From a candidate division WOR-3 bacterium (GTDB lineage: Bacteria; Hydrothermota; 32-111), in NCBI GenBank assembly GCA_039804105.1, contig JBDRZU010000002.1:288001-352000 (forward strand): a stretch of DNA of 64,000 nucleotides, in the 5' to 3' direction. A model generated the notes under the pieces. That model did no database searches. It saw only the letters and a list, made by a program, of their open reading frames with translations, and had not been told where the DNA came from. Of this stretch, positions 60,061 through 64,000 are shown one piece after another; within the stretch, counting starts at the first letter, position 1, and each line of letters starts with the position of its first letter. A program made the translations under genes and the position numbers.

Positions 60061-61836
60061 TTATCTATAATCTGTCACTCTATATTTTTTTCTCAACTGG
60101 TTCATCCAATCGTTTATAACAGATTGTTGTTTTGCCTGATGTAATGCTTGAAAATATTTTGTATAATATTCCTGTATTTTTTCCTTATTTGGTTCTTCAA
60201 TCTTCAAAACCTTGAAAATATATCCATTATTTTCCCCAGTCAGATAATAAACTTTTTGAACCTCTGATGCAAAAGCTGCACCAAAAAATTGATACTGGTT
60301 ATCAACATCAGGTAACTTTTCAGAGATCGTTTGTTCTTTTGTTTTATGATAAATAAGTTTATTCTTTTTTGCAAAATTTTCAAGTGATAAGTTCTCACTT
60401 TTGATCTGATCAACATACTGGGACAATTTTAACGCAGACATAATTTTTCTTTTTTTCCCAATCATATAATTTTTTACCTGTTCTTTAACATCCTCAAAGT
60501 TTACATCTTTTGAAAGATTTTTGTTGTCTATCCTTGCTATGATAAATCTATCGGGAAGATCAATCACCTTAACATCTTGTTCCTTTGAACTTTTTACAAA
60601 ATTTATTATCCTTTGAGGGTTTTCAAAATCTGACAGATAACCATCTTCAGGATTAAAAGGCTTTGTTGTGTATACTTGTAAAGATTCTTTTTCTGCAATC
60701 TTTTCCAAACCTTCATCTTTTACTTTGTTCAAGAGGTTATCACATCTCTGTTTTATTGAAGAAACGGTTTCATAAGATGGTAGAGTTCTAACAAGAATAT
60801 GACTTGCTTTAATTGAATCTTTTTTAACATCATCAACTTTAATCAGATGCCAGCCATACACAGTTTTAACAGGTTTTGAAATCTCTCCAACCTTTAAATT
60901 GAAAGCTGCATCTTCAAACTCTTTAACCATCTGTCCTTTCTTAAAATATCCAAGTGATCCTCCGTTTGCTGCTGAACCATAATCATCAGAATAGAGTTGT
61001 GCTGCTTTTTCAAATGTTAGGTTCCCATTTAAAATATCGTTTCTAAGTCCTTCGATATTCTCTTTCGCATTTAAAACATCTTCACTAGAAGGAGTTTTTG
61101 GTATTTCAATATATGAAATAACAACCTGTTGATCTTTTTGGAAAATATATTTTTTTCTTTCAAAATATTCTTTTGCTTCTTCATCTGAAACTGTTGGTGG
61201 AACATCTATAACCGTTGGAACAACTACATATTCGACCTGTATTTTTGTTTCGTTCAATTTTATCAATCTTCCGATTTCATCATTCTGTATCTTTATTCCA
61301 GAAACGAGATCAGATTGTATCTTAACCTTTGGAAGATTCTCCACTATTTGTTTGTAATATGAAATTTTAAACTCAGCATTGTTAGGATCATCTATGATCT
61401 GCCGATAGAGTTGATAATCAAATTTTCCATCTTTATAAAACCTTTCATCGTTTCTGATTTCCTGAGGTGGGACATTGTAAAGTATATCCAAAATTTCTTG
61501 CTGATCAAAAGTATAGTTATATTTTTTTATTACATCATCAAAAATTATTCTTGTTACCAATTGGTTGAACGCCTGATCGAGAAGTTGATTTTCTGTTTGT
61601 TGATCCAAACTCGTTCTGTTGGTGTTTGCAAGATAATTTTTTCTTAACTTTAGAAATTCATCGTTTAACTGATTATAAGTTATTTTTGTTTTATTAACTT
61701 TTGCTATAAAGTTACCCCTTTCAGGATTGTTTGATGACGCAAGGTTCATCCCCCAATCAAGAAAGATAAACAAAACAAAGGAAAGTATAACTATAACAAA
61801 CACTATGGTCATATTTTTTCTCAATTTAGACATCAT
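60061..61836 (-). CDS. PpiD/SurA-like parvulin peptidyl-prolyl isomerase
   Basis: N-terminal TM, AKVN, FEKAAQLYSDD, GGSLGYF, MVKEFEDAAF, YGWHLIKV, ASHIL. Confidence 0.88.
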   Translation of the reverse strand: MMSKLRKNMTIVFVIVILSFVLFIFLDWGMNLASSNNPERGNFIAKVNKTKITYNQLNDEFLKLRKNYLANTNRTSLDQQTENQLLDQAFNQLVTRIIFDDVIKKYNYTFDQQEILDILYNVPPQEIRNDERFYKDGKFDYQLYRQIIDDPNNAEFKISYYKQIVENLPKVKIQSDLVSGIKIQNDEIGRLIKLNETKIQVEYVVVPTVIDVPPTVSDEEAKEYFERKKYIFQKDQQVVISYIEIPKTPSSEDVLNAKENIEGLRNDILNGNLTFEKAAQLYSDDYGSAANGGSLGYFKKGQMVKEFEDAAFNLKVGEISKPVKTVYGWHLIKVDDVKKDSIKASHILVRTLPSYETVSSIKQRCDNLLNKVKDEGLEKIAEKESLQVYTTKPFNPEDGYLSDFENPQRIINFVKSSKEQDVKVIDLPDRFIIARIDNKNLSKDVNFEDVKEQVKNYMIGKKRKIMSALKLSQYVDQIKSENLSLENFAKKNKLIYHKTKEQTISEKLPDVDNQYQFFGAAFASEVQKVYYLTGENNGYIFKVLKIEEPNKEKIQEYYTKYFQALHQAKQQSVINDWMNQLRKKYRVTDYR

Positions 61837-61888
61837 AAAAAATCTCCTTTTTAGAAGGTAAATATATCATATATAAAAAATTTTTCAA

Positions 61889-64000
61889 CTATGTTTCTTT
61901 TAACTCTTCCAATCTTAAGAAGTTTAAATAGTTTTTAAATTTTTCATACAATTTTTCATATATATCGAACGCTTTGACTCTAAAATCTTTTTTACCAGTT
62001 TTTTTGAACAAAGCATAATATATTTCCCCTTTTATATTTTCCTCATCATATTGCAAAAGTAATTTATTACATTCGCTAATGAATTCGTTTTCATCTTTAC
62101 AAACATAAATAAGTTTTAAAAGGGTACTTTTTACAAAGTTTTCCGAATACTCTTTTCTATCTTGAAAGAATTCAATTCCTTCATTTATAAGTTTTATACC
62201 ATCTTCTATCATATTTTTTTTAATAAGAATTTCTGCTTTTAAAAGCAGGGCGATGTAATAATATTGAGTTAATTTTATTTCGTTCAAAATTTCAATAGAT
62301 TTTTCTATATGCTTTAAAGATTCATCAAGAAGATTCTGCAATAGATAACTATGAGAAAGATAAAAATGGTTCAAAGCAATTCCTTTTTTTTCATTAATCT
62401 CTTCAGATATTTTCAAACTCTCTTTAAGATAAGATTGAGCAACATCAAAATCTCCAAGTAAAGCATACAATTGACCAAGGTTCGATAAAACTGTCCTTTT
62501 CCCGAGTCGATCATTTAACTGTTCAGCTAATTGCAAGGATTCTTTATAGAACTCACTTTCAGAAGAATAATCACCTTTAATATTCGCGATTCCTCCGAGA
62601 TTGTTCAAAACAATTCTTATACTCTTTCGGTCGTTCAACTCTCTTGAAATTTTAAGCTGTTTCATAAAAAAATCTTCTGCTTTTTGATATTCTTTCATAG
62701 AATAGTATAAAGCTCCAAGATTACCATAAAGATAAGAAAGAGAAGATTTTGAATTTACATTTTTTAATATTTTTTCTGATTTAAGATATTTTGATAATGC
62801 GTTATCAAATTCACCTTTCATCCAGTAAATCAAACCAAGATTTCCATAGACAGAACTTAAAGTCAGAAGAATGTTATTATCTTGAGCAATTCCTATAACT
62901 TGTTCATAATTTTTTATTGCTTCATCATAATCTCCCATATCTTTTGCAATATTTCCTTTTGTTAAAAATATATTAGCATAAGTTTCAGGATCATCTTCTT
63001 GTTCAACGAATTCTTTTGTTTTTTCACAATACTCGATTGCTTTTTTAAATTCGTTTTTTCTCCAAAATATTTGTGCTTTTATACTTAAAATATCAGCAAG
63101 TTCTTTTTTATTGTTTAACCTGGCAAAAACTTCATAGGATTTATCAAGATACACTTGACACTCATCATAGAATCCCATCTGAAAAAGAAGATCACCATAA
63201 TCTTTTAGAATTTCAGATTTTAATTTATCATCACCATATTCTGCTATTTCGTTTAGTAGTTGTTCGTAATCATTTTTTACCTCTTGCCACATTCCGAGTA
63301 TAAATTTAATTCTATAAAGTTTTGATCTGATGAATATTCTATCGGATGATTCGTAAGCATAATTTAAAGATTTTTCATAAAATTTTAAACTATCAAATAA
63401 TCGAAATTTTTTGTGGGCATAATCTCCCGATTTTATGTAAAACTCTTTTGCCTTTTCATAATTCTCACCTCTTTCATAATGAAACGCTATATCACTCAAC
63501 CTTTCTTCATCCTCATAAAAAAGTTTCTCCATAATCTCTGCAACCATACTGTGATACTCTTTAAGTTTTTTCTTGAGAATCATATTATAAACTGTATCCC
63601 TTATAAGAGAATGTTTGAATATCAATTTTAGTTCATTAAGTTTTAAAAGAATATTTTCTCTTTCAATCTCTTTTACTCTTTCGTCAAAATTTTTCAACCT
63701 TGAAACTCTTTTTAAAATTTCTCTTTCGATTTCATAACCTATTACCGATGATTTCTCTATTAAACTTTTTAATTCTTCATTCAACCTATCGATCCTCGCT
63801 ATGATTATTGAACTTATAGTTGATGGAATATTTTTTACCTCTCCTGATAAGACATTTTTTCCATTCTCATTTTTTATATAGTCGTTTTCAAAAAGATAAA
63901 TGGAGAACTGCTCGACAAAAAATGGATTTCCCTCTGTCCTTTCAAAAATAAATTTAATTGTTTCTTCTGATGGTGAAAATATCAATTGATTCTCAATATA
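61889..64000 (-). CDS. STAND-type ATPase-TPR protein (adenylate-cyclase-associated type); 5' end outside the window
   Basis: RTEGNPFFVEQ, IPSTISSIIIARIDRL, FKHSLIRDTVY, then many TPRs. Frame is open to 64000. Confidence 0.82.
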   Translation of the reverse strand, partial: YIENQLIFSPSEETIKFIFERTEGNPFFVEQFSIYLFENDYIKNENGKNVLSGEVKNIPSTISSIIIARIDRLNEELKSLIEKSSVIGYEIEREILKRVSRLKNFDERVKEIERENILLKLNELKLIFKHSLIRDTVYNMILKKKLKEYHSMVAEIMEKLFYEDEERLSDIAFHYERGENYEKAKEFYIKSGDYAHKKFRLFDSLKFYEKSLNYAYESSDRIFIRSKLYRIKFILGMWQEVKNDYEQLLNEIAEYGDDKLKSEILKDYGDLLFQMGFYDECQVYLDKSYEVFARLNNKKELADILSIKAQIFWRKNEFKKAIEYCEKTKEFVEQEDDPETYANIFLTKGNIAKDMGDYDEAIKNYEQVIGIAQDNNILLTLSSVYGNLGLIYWMKGEFDNALSKYLKSEKILKNVNSKSSLSYLYGNLGALYYSMKEYQKAEDFFMKQLKISRELNDRKSIRIVLNNLGGIANIKGDYSSESEFYKESLQLAEQLNDRLGKRTVLSNLGQLYALLGDFDVAQSYLKESLKISEEINEKKGIALNHFYLSHSYLLQNLLDESLKHIEKSIEILNEIKLTQYYYIALLLKAEILIKKNMIEDGIKLINEGIEFFQDRKEYSENFVKSTLLKLIYVCKDENEFISECNKLLLQYDEENIKGEIYYALFKKTGKKDFRVKAFDIYEKLYEKFKNYLNFLRLEELKET

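Overview
A gene-dense, AT-rich bacterial chromosomal segment with almost every gene on the minus strand. Secretin, beta-barrel-like proteins and a T9SS-type C-terminal sorting domain point to a diderm, possibly a poorly characterised FCB-group lineage; this taxonomy is inference only. Housekeeping genes include ispG, murA, recA/recX, cinA, efp, plsY, eno, gatCAB, a UvrD/PcrA helicase, valS, nadA, tyrS and two tRNAs (Val-UAC, Met-CAU). I see no CRISPR array, rRNA or mobile element. The most striking region is a translationally coupled run at about 14.5-25.3 kb: acidic TPR protein, efp, PilT/U-type ATPase, MglA GTPase without MglB, a tandem DnaA-like AAA+ protein, a DUF4388-TPR protein, CheR, CheD, CheB, a TPR protein and CheW. 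It has no chemoreceptor or CheA and continues into pgpA-cinA-thpR-recA-recX. Nearby is an HTH-pilMNOPQ operon whose predicted promoter carries DnaA boxes. Other notable items are a globin/B12 (photocobilin/CarH-type) sensor coupled to a hybrid kinase behind twin palindromes, several apparently leaderless genes, an ORF running through tRNA-Val, and an M24 pseudo-peptidase.
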